Counted from the stretch's first letter, positions 38,294-49,197 are shown. The stretch is DNA of 64,000 nt from Minisyncoccota bacterium (GCA_041671485.1 JBAZBL010000002.1:9320-73319), one strand, 5' to 3'. Notes: generated by a model not told the origin, from the sequence alone. Made by a program: numbers and translations.

Positions 38294-38689
38294 ATGAATA
38301 AAAAAATATATATAACAATATCGTCACTTGCTCTAGTATGTTTGCCACTATTTGCATTTGCTCAACAAAAGAAAGATTTGAATTATCTCATTTCTTTGTT
38401 TACAGATTATCTCAATAAAATACTATTGGTGATGATGGGTGTGGCCGTAGTTTTGTTCGTCTATTACATAATCAAATTCTTCTTAAGGCCAAGTGACAAA
38501 AGAGAAGAAGGTGCAAAATATCTCATGTGGAGTATTATTGGTTTCTTCATCATCTTATCATTTTGGGGTGTAGTGAATGTTCTGAAAAATACTTTCAATC
38601 TCGATAGTGAACGTCCTGCTTCATGGAGCGATTTCTTCAATATTTTTCCTAGAAATACTAATTCTGGAGGTACGACCTTAACTAGATAA
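38294..38689 (+). CDS. TrbC/VirB2-like pilin 3
   Basis: KREEGAKYLMWSIIGFFIILSFWGVVNVL. Confidence 0.8.
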   Translation: MNKKIYITISSLALVCLPLFAFAQQKKDLNYLISLFTDYLNKILLVMMGVAVVLFVYYIIKFFLRPSDKREEGAKYLMWSIIGFFIILSFWGVVNVLKNTFNLDSERPASWSDFFNIFPRNTNSGGTTLTR

Positions 38690-38700
38690 ACTGATAGGCA

Positions 38701-39123
38701 ATGAATCAAACAGTATTCAATACAATAAATAATGCGAATGACCTATTTGGAAGATTGATGTATCTTGGCAATCTCATAATATATCTACTAATAGCTCTCG
38801 GTGTTGTATATATAGTATGGAATATAGTTATATATTTTATCAAAGGCAAAGAGGGCGATGAGAATCGTAGAGAGTCTGGCAAACATATTATGTGGGGTAT
38901 AGTTGGTCTGGCGATAATATTATCAGTTTGGGGCTTGGTCAATATTTTGGTCAATACATTTAGGACAAATCCTAATGAACCAAGAGATCGTTTCCCAAAT
39001 GCTGACTTCGTCAATTCTCAATCAGGACAAACTAATTCAGGCCAATACTATGATCGTAATATAGATAATCGTATGATTGACGCCCCTCAAGGCTGGGAGA
39101 GACAATATGAGAATATGATCTGA
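38701..39123 (+). CDS. TrbC/VirB2-like pilin 4
   Basis: RRESGKHIMWGIVGLAIILSVWGLVNIL. Confidence 0.8.
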   Translation: MNQTVFNTINNANDLFGRLMYLGNLIIYLLIALGVVYIVWNIVIYFIKGKEGDENRRESGKHIMWGIVGLAIILSVWGLVNILVNTFRTNPNEPRDRFPNADFVNSQSGQTNSGQYYDRNIDNRMIDAPQGWERQYENMI

Positions 39124-39223
39124 TATATTACAATCCACAGCTAGTGTTGCTATATCTGTGTATAAACATATATAATTAGATTACATAATGTACGTTTATT
39201 TATTAGGTTAATATTAATTAAAA

Positions 39224-39592
39224 ATGAAAAAGACTTTTCTAACAGTTTTATTGACATCTTCGCCTATACTCGCTTTGGCGCAGACCAACCTTGTTACAGA
39301 TGCAAATTCTCTAACACAAAAGTTGATTGACATTAGCAATGTAGTCATATATCTTCTCATTGCTCTTGCAGTCATATTTATAATTTGGAATATAGTCATG
39401 TTCCTCATAAAGTCAGGCGAGGAAGATGCGAGAACAAAAGCGAGAAGTTCGATATTGTGGGGAATAGTAGGTTTGGCTATCATCTTGTCCATCTGGGGCT
39501 TGGTCAATATACTCATCAATACATTCAGGACAACTCCACCGGTTACTCCAAATCCAAATATAAGCAATACTGGTGTACCATTGATCAGATAA
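39224..39592 (+). CDS. TrbC/VirB2-like pilin 5
   Basis: RTKARSSILWGIVGLAIILSIWGLVNIL. Confidence 0.8.
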   Translation: MKKTFLTVLLTSSPILALAQTNLVTDANSLTQKLIDISNVVIYLLIALAVIFIIWNIVMFLIKSGEEDARTKARSSILWGIVGLAIILSIWGLVNILINTFRTTPPVTPNPNISNTGVPLIR

Positions 39593-39601
39593 TATTCAAA
39601 G

Positions 39602-39889
39602 ATGTTTTCGATCATATCATATGCTCATGCAGAAGTGAATGCAGTTACTTTTGGTAAAGTAATAGATCCTATAATTGCAAATGTGGTCAATCCGATAATC
39701 CAGATACTTTTTGCAATTGGTATATTTGTTTTTGCTTTGGGTGTAGTAGAGATGATAGTAAAAGGTGATGATGCTACAGCTAGAGAAAAGGGGAAGTTGC
39801 ATATGCTATATGGGGCGATAGGAATGTTCATAATGGTATCTGCATGGGGTATCATATATCTTATAGCAAATACGATAAAAGGGATTTAG
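39602..39889 (+). CDS. TrbC/VirB2-like pilin 6
   Basis: AREKGKLHMLYGAIGMFIMVSAWGII. Confidence 0.8.
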   Translation: MFSIISYAHAEVNAVTFGKVIDPIIANVVNPIIQILFAIGIFVFALGVVEMIVKGDDATAREKGKLHMLYGAIGMFIMVSAWGIIYLIANTIKGI

Positions 39890-39906
39890 TCTAGAAAAGA
39901 TATTGA

Positions 39907-39934
39907 AAAAGGCCGTGAGAGTATCACGGCCTTT
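39907..39934. terminator. Bidirectional terminator
   Basis: AAAGGCCGTGA-GAGTA-TCACGGCCTTT between convergent genes. Confidence 0.8.
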
Positions 39935-39951
39935 GCGTTTGAAATCCATAT

Positions 39952-40344
39952 TTACTGGGTCCAAATCTTTACGACTAAAGGACCGTTCAACAGATTTATC
40001 TTTTCTGCGAGCATCTGAAATCTTTTGATGCCAGCGGTGTTGAAGTGTTTCCCAGGTTCTATGGAATGTCTCTCAGATGGATGGTCGAGGTCAATGACTC
40101 TGATTTCCTCTGCCCATCCCCTAACGATTTCAAAGAACCAATCTTGATTTGTCCCAACATGGAATACCTGAGAAGGATTTGCAGTTAGGGTAATAACTGC
40201 AGAATTTCCATTAACACCAGTTTGTGTATTGGATGAACTTTGATCGCGATTGCTGTAAACACGCCATCCCCAACCAGCTATTGCGACTACGGCCGCAATC
40301 AGTATGATTGTCGTTGCGATTTTCCAACCTTGTTTGGTGTCCAT
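39952..40344 (-). CDS. Hypothetical membrane-anchored protein
   Basis: N-terminal TM; GGAGG SD; adjacent to the upstream gene's stop. Confidence 0.7.
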   Translation of the reverse strand: MDTKQGWKIATTIILIAAVVAIAGWGWRVYSNRDQSSSNTQTGVNGNSAVITLTANPSQVFHVGTNQDWFFEIVRGWAEEIRVIDLDHPSERHSIEPGKHFNTAGIKRFQMLAEKINLLNGPLVVKIWTQ

Positions 40345-41367
40345 TTACTTTCCTCCTTTCTTTTCTCCACCCTTTCCACCAAATTTGATGTCGGGGTTTA
40401 CAAGATTTATGTTTTGGCCACTACCGCCACTCTCGATACGTGCAACCATATTGTCTCTTACGAGACGTTGGACACGGATAGTTTCGAGACATTCAGTAAG
40501 ACCAGGAATAGTCTTTGCTTGAACCAGAGCTCTCATTTGAGCTAGGAATTGATCTTCTGAAAGATTGGTCGGTAAGTATTGTCGTGCCAGTGCCACTTGC
40601 AGTTCTTGGGCTGCAATTCGCATTGTCTGGTACTCCATCCGTTCTGCCTCACGTTGGAATTTCTCTCTCTCGACTTGTCTCATGTCATCATGGATATCTT
40701 TGTCGAGAGTAAAGTTGACTCTGACTTTGATCAGTTCAATTCCAAATGCTTGACGCTGAAACAGATTGTTTTTGATCTTTGCATGCAGTAGATTTGCAAT
40801 CTTATTGCCTTCTCTGCTGATAGCAAGGACATCCATTTTTTGTTCTGGATCCATCACAATCTCCTGTACTTCTTGAAATACTGGATCTGCTAGTTGGGTA
40901 AATACCTGTTCTATGTCATTGCCTGCCTGAACAAAGTCTTCTAGGTCAGCAATATCTGGACAAGCAGTTACCGAGACTTTTCCTGATATCGGAACTTTAT
41001 TCCATGAGATAATAGTCATAGGAAAGTCGCGATCCTTATTGTCCATGGCGATCTTGATGCTTCCTAGTTTGAATGGGAAGTAGTCGGCAAGTATCGTAGT
41101 ACCTCCAACGACCACACATTGCCCGTAGATCTTGATCGGTGCGTCCCAGAGAGTGAGCAAGCCCGCTTCTCGAGGTTTTGATGGCGAATGTTTGGTAAGA
41201 CCAAATCCAAATGCAAATGCACCAATTGCTGTGATTAAAATCCCGACCAACCCTATCACGAATGACAGAATTAATCCGATAATGATGAAGCTACCAACGA
41301 TGATTGCTATCAATATCGTAACTGGATTTCCGAATGGAACTAACTTTGGAGCAACTCTTTCTTCCAT
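40345..41367 (-). CDS. SPFH/Band-7-like membrane protein
   Basis: Two N-terminal TMs, FGIELIKVRV, REKFQREAERME coiled coil. Confidence 0.6.
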   Translation of the reverse strand: MEERVAPKLVPFGNPVTILIAIIVGSFIIIGLILSFVIGLVGILITAIGAFAFGFGLTKHSPSKPREAGLLTLWDAPIKIYGQCVVVGGTTILADYFPFKLGSIKIAMDNKDRDFPMTIISWNKVPISGKVSVTACPDIADLEDFVQAGNDIEQVFTQLADPVFQEVQEIVMDPEQKMDVLAISREGNKIANLLHAKIKNNLFQRQAFGIELIKVRVNFTLDKDIHDDMRQVEREKFQREAERMEYQTMRIAAQELQVALARQYLPTNLSEDQFLAQMRALVQAKTIPGLTECLETIRVQRLVRDNMVARIESGGSGQNINLVNPDIKFGGKGGEKKGGK

Positions 41368-41617
41368 ATTTCCTTTCTAACCTCCCACAGTAGGGAAGTA
41401 TTGTTTCTTTTGTTGTTGTCAACGCAATACTCACAAGAGTACTACTAACTAAATTCCTATAAATGGTAGCATTTAAAGGATACTTTGTCAAGATTAGGAA
41501 GTCATACGGATGTTTTCATACGGAGGTCTGACCTCCGTATGTCCGTAGGTGTATAAAAAAGAGCGCGACCACATGTATTGCTACACATGTTCGCGCTCCG
41601 TGAATCTGGAAACAGTT

Positions 41618-43666
41618 CTACCTCATTCGGTAGAATGTGAACTCGAGGCTTGTTTCCTGAATGCCTACGAGTCGCAGTTTCCACTCATGTTGCTGGAGTG
41701 GATCTGCCGCAACTTTGACCTGACCGGAATGTTTGGTGGACAGCTTTCCGTCTATTACACATTCGATCTGATCACTGTTTGCTGGAGTGTAACAGGACAT
41801 GTTCCAGCCATCTGGAATAATGACCTGAAGCAACTCTCCAGCCTTGATCCATCTTGAATCGGTGAAGCTCTTGCAACAGTTATTAGCTGGCACACAGAGC
41901 CGTCCGTCGAGGATTTGTGTCGGAGGTAGTTCCCACCAATTGGGAACCTTAACCTCGACAGGCTTCTCCTGTGGCACTGATGCCGTCCGAGGAGAAGTCG
42001 CCGTGACGTCTGTTGGCTTTGCCGTCGTTGGACAGCAACCGCCTATAACGACATTGCTTTTGCCAACAGCATTGCCGTTGCCGATCACAATGTTGATGAC
42101 ATTATTGTCACCAACACCGTCACGAGTTACCCTTTGTAAGAGGGCGTTCGTCAGGTCGGACACGTTGGTCACGACTGGTGGCACAATTACCGACCGCTGA
42201 CCCAGTCCATCCACCGACTTTTGTAGTCCTTGGATGGCTGACAGGAACGGAGTCGTGTCAGTAACCGGCGGAGTTGTCGCTGTTGGCACTGTGGACTTTT
42301 TGAAGAGCACGGCCTGCCACACAAACCACACCGCTCCGATGATCATGAGGACGACCAGGAGTGGCAACCACTGCAAGTCGCGATCATACCAGGACCCCTT
42401 CTTTGCAGGAGGAGTTGGTGGCACCACGGGCGGAGGTGTCGGAGTGACCAACTTGCCACGAAGTTCATCAAGTTCCTTTCGGAGTTTGGTTACTTCATCA
42501 CTTGTTGTCACCACTGGTGCTGGCGGAGTCTGTGCCACTTTCGTGGCAGTTCCTACAGCCAACTCACGAATGAGATCGATCTGGCTCTGAAGCGCAGAGA
42601 TCTCATCTTTCGCAACTTTCAGTTCCTGTTGTGCCAGAGCCGAATGGTCATCGAATGATCCGGCCGGGAGTTTCTCCTCGGCGGGTTTCGATGGCTCTGC
42701 TGTTGCTGACCCAACCTTTTCCTCGGCAGGCTTCGGAGCCAGCGTCGGAGGAGGCGGGACCACTTTCGGTTCCTCGACCACGGGGGTCGGAGGTGGAGCC
42801 GGAGGAACGGCATGACCGACAGGTGGTGTTGTCACTGGTGCTGGTGTGTCAATGACCGCGGGGGTCGGAGCTGGTTTTTCCTTCGCCATTTCGGTGGCGA
42901 GGTTGGCGCAGGCGACACTGTGGTGTTGCTCCAGCTCGTCGATGATCTTTGTAAGCTCGTCCCATCCTCCTTGGAACTTGCTATACAGAGATTTGAGTTG
43001 GATGACTTGTCTCCTCATTTGGTTCAATGCGAGTCCCATGTTTCTCAACATGGAAGTGTCTGGAGTGATTTGTTTGGCCTCGACTCCCACAAGGTCGTTC
43101 TTGATCCTCTCCAATCGCCGGACCATCGTCACATACCCAGGCGGGACCCTCTCCTTCTTTTCTGACCCATCCGCTTTTGGCGTTGGGGGCAGAGTCGGAG
43201 GAGGAGTGATCACTTTTGGTTCCTCGGCCATGGTGGCCGTGGGAACTGGAGGAGTCACCACAGCAGGCGGTGTTGCCACTGCCGGTGTCTCGGTCGCAGG
43301 GGTCGGAGGAAGTGGAAGCTTAATCGCAAGTGCAGATAACTTTCCGTTTTCTTTGCACGAGAGCTTTTCCTTCCACGGTTCACTTCGATCGAGGTTAGGT
43401 GCCATGAGAGCACATACCTGAAGACCATAGAAGATCGTATCGTTTGGATGTCCGGGAGCCCAACTGAGACCCTCGTTGATATCCATGATGAGCCGATCAT
43501 TTGAAAGTATCGGTTCAAGCGTTCTCACGTTTGTTACGATACTTTCTTTGTCATAGTCAATCACGACGATGACAAATGAAGACTCACCAGTCTTCGGCAT
43601 GATCGTGAGCGTATTACCACTCAGTTCACATGTCGGGGCAAGAGCCCGTTTTGTTTTCTTAGCCAT
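41618..43666 (-). CDS. Large Pro/Thr-rich single-pass membrane protein with coiled coils
   Basis: Start set to MAKKTKR at 43666; repeated EEPKVxxPPPTL; TM WLPLLVVLMIIGAVWFVW; TTGACA-16-TATAAT promoter at 43809-43782. Confidence 0.75.
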   Translation of the reverse strand: MAKKTKRALAPTCELSGNTLTIMPKTGESSFVIVVIDYDKESIVTNVRTLEPILSNDRLIMDINEGLSWAPGHPNDTIFYGLQVCALMAPNLDRSEPWKEKLSCKENGKLSALAIKLPLPPTPATETPAVATPPAVVTPPVPTATMAEEPKVITPPPTLPPTPKADGSEKKERVPPGYVTMVRRLERIKNDLVGVEAKQITPDTSMLRNMGLALNQMRRQVIQLKSLYSKFQGGWDELTKIIDELEQHHSVACANLATEMAKEKPAPTPAVIDTPAPVTTPPVGHAVPPAPPPTPVVEEPKVVPPPPTLAPKPAEEKVGSATAEPSKPAEEKLPAGSFDDHSALAQQELKVAKDEISALQSQIDLIRELAVGTATKVAQTPPAPVVTTSDEVTKLRKELDELRGKLVTPTPPPVVPPTPPAKKGSWYDRDLQWLPLLVVLMIIGAVWFVWQAVLFKKSTVPTATTPPVTDTTPFLSAIQGLQKSVDGLGQRSVIVPPVVTNVSDLTNALLQRVTRDGVGDNNVINIVIGNGNAVGKSNVVIGGCCPTTAKPTDVTATSPRTASVPQEKPVEVKVPNWWELPPTQILDGRLCVPANNCCKSFTDSRWIKAGELLQVIIPDGWNMSCYTPANSDQIECVIDGKLSTKHSGQVKVAADPLQQHEWKLRLVGIQETSLEFTFYRMR

Positions 43667-43915
43667 TTTCTGTTTTCTCCGTTTGTTGCGACCCCTTTTA
43701 TAGGGCCTTTGTTTTGCGAGAATCCATTGAAGGATCCTTGCGGTTTTTGTCTTTTTGATTGTCAAAATTCACTACCTATACATTATACTCTGTTTTACGA
43801 AAATGTCAAGTATTTTATTGGTTTCTACGCAGGTCTACCCTGCGTAAATCCCAAAAATGATATCCACACAATATTTCAATTAGTTTTCTCTAATAGTGTT
43901 ATAATTACTGCATAA

Positions 43916-44188
43916 ATGGAAAAAAATGTAAAAATGGTATTACTTGTATTGATAATTATCCTTTCATGTGTATTTATCTTCTTCTATTCCTTTCAATCAA
44001 AATCTTCGCTACCATCTCAATCACCTCAACCCAATAAAGAAAAGACAGAAGAGCAGATTATGCAGGTTTTTACCGACTCTATTGCTCCAACGACTGCAAC
44101 AACCTCATTAGACATACAGGAGTCAAAGGAGCTTATAGATTCTATTGCACCACGAGATAATAAAATAATTAAAACTATTAATAATTAA
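43916..44188 (+). CDS. Hypothetical membrane-anchored protein
   Basis: 90-aa ORF with N-terminal TM. Confidence 0.65.
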   Translation: MEKNVKMVLLVLIIILSCVFIFFYSFQSKSSLPSQSPQPNKEKTEEQIMQVFTDSIAPTTATTSLDIQESKELIDSIAPRDNKIIKTINN

Positions 44189-44199
44189 TTAAAATATTT

Positions 44200-45219
44200 A
44201 TGAAACAACAAAAAATCCTTAATATAACAGGAATTATTGTACTGGGTCTTGTTATTAGTTTTGGCGCCAACTATGCTTTTGCTGTGTGGACAAATCCTCC
44301 CGGAAATCCTCCAACATGTCCGGATACGATAGAGGGTTGCAATACACCACTCAATGTATCAGGTACAACTCAGAATAAAGTTGGAGGACTTACTTTGGGT
44401 GGAGGAATTATTGTCGGAACACAAAATCCTGTAAATGGCCTTATCGTCCAGACGGGAAAGGTTGGTATTGGGACAATTACACCTAGCAACAAATTGACTA
44501 TAAATGGTGGTGGATTAACCGGCAGCGGAATTAATAATGTTTTGCGTCTTTCTGGCGGGGCTATGTCAACCGTGAATGATGCTACGAGTTTGCTCTTTAT
44601 TCAGTGGGATGTCCACAATGCCTACGGGGCGGCCATCCGTTTGGTAAACACGCAATCAACTCCGCAGGTTCTTAATCCGCGCCTGGATTTTGCTGTTCAA
44701 AACACGGGTACGAGCGCGCAAGCAGATATTGGAGTAAAGATGAGTATATTGGGGAATGGCAATATTGGTGTTGGTACAATCAATCCAACACAGAAACTAG
44801 AAGTAGTAGGAACAGTAAAGACTACAGGTCTTCAAGTTACAGGTGGAACTCCTGGCGCTGGCAAAGTTTTGACTTCTGATGCGAATGGAGTAGGAACATG
44901 GCAGATATCTACTGGTGGAAGTGGTGGTAGTAGTCCTAAAATAATCTCAGGTGTTGCGAATATTCCTATAAGTATTTGTCTGGCATCGGGTGGTGTATGT
45001 ACACATGATGTTACTTTTCCTTCAGGATCGTTTTCCTTGACACCAAATGTGGTTATTACACCCAAATGGGTTGCCTTTCATGCGAATTCAGAAGAAGCTT
45101 CTATGTAGTGGATTACTAACATTACAAAAAATGGTTTTAAGATTAATTGGCGTACACCATCTTTCGATAGAGATACACAAGGAGAGAATGGAGTAATGTG
45201 GATAGCAACATCTCCATAA
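44200..45219 (+). pseudogene. Surface/fibre-like protein with GxVGIGT repeats; C-terminal H-type-lectin-like domain interrupted by in-frame TAG at 45106-45108
   Basis: ORF 44200-45108 continues in frame after TAG as WITNITKNGFKINW...VMWIATSP* (stop 45217-45219). Confidence 0.65.
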
Positions 45220-45265
45220 ATATTATTAAGTTTTATAAGGACAATTCTTATGGAAGGATAAAATA

Positions 45266-46486
45266 ATGAAAATTTCTTTTCAAAAAATTATTTTTACACT
45301 AGTTTTTCTTTTATTACCATTTATTGTTTCTGCAGGAACTGAACATAATATATTTGGTTATGCTTGGTCATCGAATGTCGGTTGGATCAGTTTCAATGGT
45401 GTAAACAAAGACGCAAGTGGCAATCTAATAGGTTATGCGTGGTCTTCTAATGTTGGTTGGATACAGTTCGGTGGACTCTCGGGTTTTCCTTCTGGAACTG
45501 GAACACAAGCTCAAAATGCAAAAATAAGTGGCAACAATCTAAAAGGTTGGGCCAAGGCTCTTTCTGCTGATGGCAATGGTTGGGATGGTTGGATTTCACT
45601 TTCTGGTGCTGGATATGGCGTGACTCTCTCGGGGACGAGTCTTACAGGATATGGTTGGGGTTCGACTGTTATTGGATGGGTTGATTTTAATCTTGTTACT
45701 ATTGTGCCATCTATTCCAACAGAAATAACAGGGGCGTGTTCATTGAATAACATTCCATACAGTGATTTAAATCCAGTAACCATCTTTTCATTAGGAGATA
45801 TAGTAACATTCAAATTGTCTAATATTGGTGGCGGTACGAATCCAACAGGTTATACATATGAACTTACTGTGGGTAGTGGATGGACCCCTATATCTCTGAA
45901 TGCAAATAGTTCATATATACATACATTTATCATAACAACAGGTGTCGGATTTCCTACAGTTATCAAGGTTACCAATGCTGGTATTACAAAAGATATACAA
46001 TGTGGCAAGATCACAGTTTTAGATCCGACTCCGCCAGCAACGGTTCCTCCGGGTCCATTGCTTTGGTTTAAAGATAGAGGTCAGCCAAATAGTAATGTTA
46101 AAGCAGTATGGGATCAACAAGCAAAGACAGTGAGGGAAGGAACAGATGTGGAAGTTGTATATGATAGAGATAGTCTTTTGTGTTATGGATATTCCATTCC
46201 CTCAGTCATTCCTGGAGATTCAAATTGGGGAAATCAAGGATTTATTACCCAAAATTCAAATTATTATATCAATCCTGATCATCAAATATACAAATTTACC
46301 AATTTAGTAAAAGGTAAGTATGTTTTAATCTTGACATGTGATGACTCATTAGCAATAAAAATCCAATATTCATGGCTTGCTAATATTATTAACTCGTTCT
46401 CTCAAATCTTCGCTCAAAGTCCTTCCACTATCGATAGCAATAGAATAACAATCAATGTAGTAAAGCCAACCATAGAAGAGATATAG
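45266..46486 (+). CDS. Secreted surface protein with GYAWSSNVGWI repeats
   Basis: Signal peptide; repeats GYAWSSNVGWISF, GWDGWISL, GYGWGSTVIGWVDF. Confidence 0.8.
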   Translation: MKISFQKIIFTLVFLLLPFIVSAGTEHNIFGYAWSSNVGWISFNGVNKDASGNLIGYAWSSNVGWIQFGGLSGFPSGTGTQAQNAKISGNNLKGWAKALSADGNGWDGWISLSGAGYGVTLSGTSLTGYGWGSTVIGWVDFNLVTIVPSIPTEITGACSLNNIPYSDLNPVTIFSLGDIVTFKLSNIGGGTNPTGYTYELTVGSGWTPISLNANSSYIHTFIITTGVGFPTVIKVTNAGITKDIQCGKITVLDPTPPATVPPGPLLWFKDRGQPNSNVKAVWDQQAKTVREGTDVEVVYDRDSLLCYGYSIPSVIPGDSNWGNQGFITQNSNYYINPDHQIYKFTNLVKGKYVLILTCDDSLAIKIQYSWLANIINSFSQIFAQSPSTIDSNRITINVVKPTIEEI

Positions 46487-46560
46487 AGTTATTTATGTAT
46501 AAAAAAAGTGAGGCCGAGCGATTGCATCGCCGGCCTCTTGTTGTCTCGAAATGATACGTC

Positions 46561-47550
46561 TCAATACGGCGACACATTGGTCGTCACCGTACGGAAAAAC
46601 ATTTGATTTGTTTTCCCAATAACGAAGGACCGTGAAGCCCCACTGGGGAAGTAATGTGACAATGGCGAAACAATGTTCACCTCTCCAACATTCGTCCAGC
46701 TCTTGAGATTCTGTGACTTTTGTAGGAAGTACGCTCTACCAGAGTCTCCACCTCTCACTGTTACGGTAACGGAACTCCCAGAGGAAGCAATGCCAGTTCT
46801 CATAGGAGTTTCGGGAAGCAGTTTCCCGTCTCCATTGAAGCTTTGGAAGCCAGCACTAGAGAAGATAGACACCTTGAGCTGGTACGTACCAGTCGCAATT
46901 GACGAATCTGTGATTACATCAACAGGGAGGTAGATGAAACCGTCAGAATGGAGTATGTCCGTGGAAGGATCCAGTCTCCGATCATCCACCTCAAATGGAA
47001 ATGGATCTCCCCAGTATCCGATCTCCATCCTTACCCAAGAAGTTCCTGGGATGTACATGGGCAGATCGCTGGCCATGGTTGTCTTGAACCATGACAAGTC
47101 CGGGACAGAGTACACACCACCTACCTTGTTTGGGGTGATGTAGATGTAGGGGGTTGCGAATGAGGCTTGGGCAAGTTGCCAATTTGCTGCCATACGACAT
47201 TGTACATACACTTTAATCCCCATATCCTTGTTTATGATCGGATTTGCATTGGCCAATAAATTGCTAAGGATGTTAGACAACTGAGTGGCAATGATTTGAT
47301 CCATTTGCACCTTGTTTGTCATGGGCGTAGAAGGATACATCCCACTTGTCATGTATCCTTTCCAACTACCATTGGTATTGAAATAGTACGTCCAGATTCC
47401 AATTACATACACATTTGACACCGCGTACTGTTCCACTTTCGCCATATTCCCAAAGGGGAGCGAAGGAACTTCACCCACTGCATGTTGTGCAATGAGTGTA
47501 TTCGTGGCAATCAGGAAGACCGCCACGATCAAACTGCTGATCTTTTTCAT
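46561..47550 (-). CDS. Secreted hypothetical protein
   Basis: Signal peptide MKKISSLIVAVFL; C-terminus YFLQKSQNLKSW...TNQMFFRT. Confidence 0.75.
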   Translation of the reverse strand: MKKISSLIVAVFLIATNTLIAQHAVGEVPSLPFGNMAKVEQYAVSNVYVIGIWTYYFNTNGSWKGYMTSGMYPSTPMTNKVQMDQIIATQLSNILSNLLANANPIINKDMGIKVYVQCRMAANWQLAQASFATPYIYITPNKVGGVYSVPDLSWFKTTMASDLPMYIPGTSWVRMEIGYWGDPFPFEVDDRRLDPSTDILHSDGFIYLPVDVITDSSIATGTYQLKVSIFSSAGFQSFNGDGKLLPETPMRTGIASSGSSVTVTVRGGDSGRAYFLQKSQNLKSWTNVGEVNIVSPLSHYFPSGASRSFVIGKTNQMFFRTVTTNVSPY

Positions 47551-47770
47551 GACGATTCTTTCTGATCTACCAATACTCCAACACACGTCAGGGTAATAGC
47601 AGACCTTTTGTTGCGCCTAGGTTTTACCCTTGGCTTTGTTTATCTGTGAAATTATTAGAATGCTGTACTTCGTTATCATTTCGATGTCAACGAACGAGCA
47701 GTCTAGAGTATATATAGCATGTTTTGGAGGGGAAGTAAAGGGGGTAAGAAGTACATTCAATCTTTTATTT

Positions 47771-48421
47771 TTATGATATAAACAATGACGCATCAGCAGA
47801 TGCAAGTTTTGAAGCGCTAGTTTCAGGATGATTATGTAAATATGCTGCAACAAGATCATATCCTAATGTATACCCTGTCCAACGCGGAATGATATCTGGC
47901 TTTGAACCGAAGAACCAGAGATCGTTATCATATGTTGGCTTTTTCCATTCCTCCGAAGCCTTTTTAAAAAATATTTTCTTCTGTTCAGGAGTTAATGCAC
48001 AAGAATATAATGAAGGTTTACTTCTTCCAGTCACTTCTTGAGCAAAATGATCGGCGAGGCCTTCGAAAACCATAGCTTCAAGTAATGTGTCACCTTCAAC
48101 TTGTTTTTGCCAACGAATAGTGTGATGTAATTCATGTGCAAGTGTAAAAAATAGCTCATGTTTAAGGGAATCCTTAAACTTTGGATGGCGCGGATCAAGC
48201 GAGATAAAGATGGTGTGGGCATTTGGTGCAAACCCTCCAATACCGCCAATCTCATCTTCTTTAAATGTCGCTACTGGGTTATCGTAAAAAACTATATCCA
48301 CATCTTTTATCGGCAAGAATTTCTTAACTGAAGCGATAGTGTCTTCAGCAATAGATTTTATCTCCTTAGAATATGGTCTGATATCCTTTGAAGCGGACAG
48401 AATGTGGATGTTTACGGACAT
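47771..48421 (-). CDS. DUF2268-like Zn-dependent peptidase
   Basis: LAHELHH, LLEAMVFEGLADHF, PRWTGYTLGY. Confidence 0.85.
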   Translation of the reverse strand: MSVNIHILSASKDIRPYSKEIKSIAEDTIASVKKFLPIKDVDIVFYDNPVATFKEDEIGGIGGFAPNAHTIFISLDPRHPKFKDSLKHELFFTLAHELHHTIRWQKQVEGDTLLEAMVFEGLADHFAQEVTGRSKPSLYSCALTPEQKKIFFKKASEEWKKPTYDNDLWFFGSKPDIIPRWTGYTLGYDLVAAYLHNHPETSASKLASADASLFIS

Positions 48422-48657
48422 GTTAGCATTATACAATATTATTTAGAAATAAAAAAATTCGCGATAGTCATCTGGTGATAACGAAAGAGGATTACTGTAA
48501 ATATATTGATGACTTTTATTCAGTTCACGAAAAAGAGATGAAGAAAATCTTAAATGAAACTATTAAATGTTTTGATGATGTAAAAGATATCTTGTTTTCT
48601 GAGTTGTTTAAATATTTCAGTCATGATTATAGTAAGGAAGATTACAAATGCTATTTA

Positions 48658-49173
48658 TCAATTTTTGGCTTGTAAACTTTTCTCGACAATTTTCTTATAT
48701 TCTGCAAAACTCTCCATACTGTATTCTGCGCGTCTTTTTTCTAGATCTTCCGGTTGCTCAATATCGATATATTTTATGATACCATCTTTGTCAATATTAT
48801 ATTGAGTACCATATAGTTGAGGTAACTTTTGAATGACCCTAGCTTTATCTATCATGTAAGCAATATCTCTTTTTTGTATTGAAATAGGATCTGCATCCTG
48901 CAAATTCTTAATTGATTTGTTTAGAAGATCAACATCTCCAGAATGTAACACTACTAGTACAGCCCCCTTATAAGCTTTTTGTGAGGTTAGATTTATTGTT
49001 GGAAATCCGATTTCAGTAATAATATTTTTAACGATGCTGACATTCTTTTTATTTATTTCCATGAAATCAGATTCTGTAATTTTTCTAGTCTTAAAATCCT
49101 TTATTGCTTGTTGGTCTGTTTCCAGAATTGTTTCCAGCGTAATGGTATCCTTTTTGATTAAAGTTGAATCCAT
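48658..49173 (-). CDS. Hypothetical protein (DUF6624-like)
   Basis: GFPTI, LVVLHS, AYMIDKARV..QLYGTQ, LEKRRAE. Confidence 0.75.
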   Translation of the reverse strand: MDSTLIKKDTITLETILETDQQAIKDFKTRKITESDFMEINKKNVSIVKNIITEIGFPTINLTSQKAYKGAVLVVLHSGDVDLLNKSIKNLQDADPISIQKRDIAYMIDKARVIQKLPQLYGTQYNIDKDGIIKYIDIEQPEDLEKRRAEYSMESFAEYKKIVEKSLQAKN

Positions 49174-49197
49174 AGCAATACTATACTATATTATCAT

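Noticed and set aside
48475-48675. 66-aa ORF between DUF2268 and DUF6624-like genes
   Set aside because: No clear start signals and overlaps a convergent gene; probably a gene fragment that cannot be assigned
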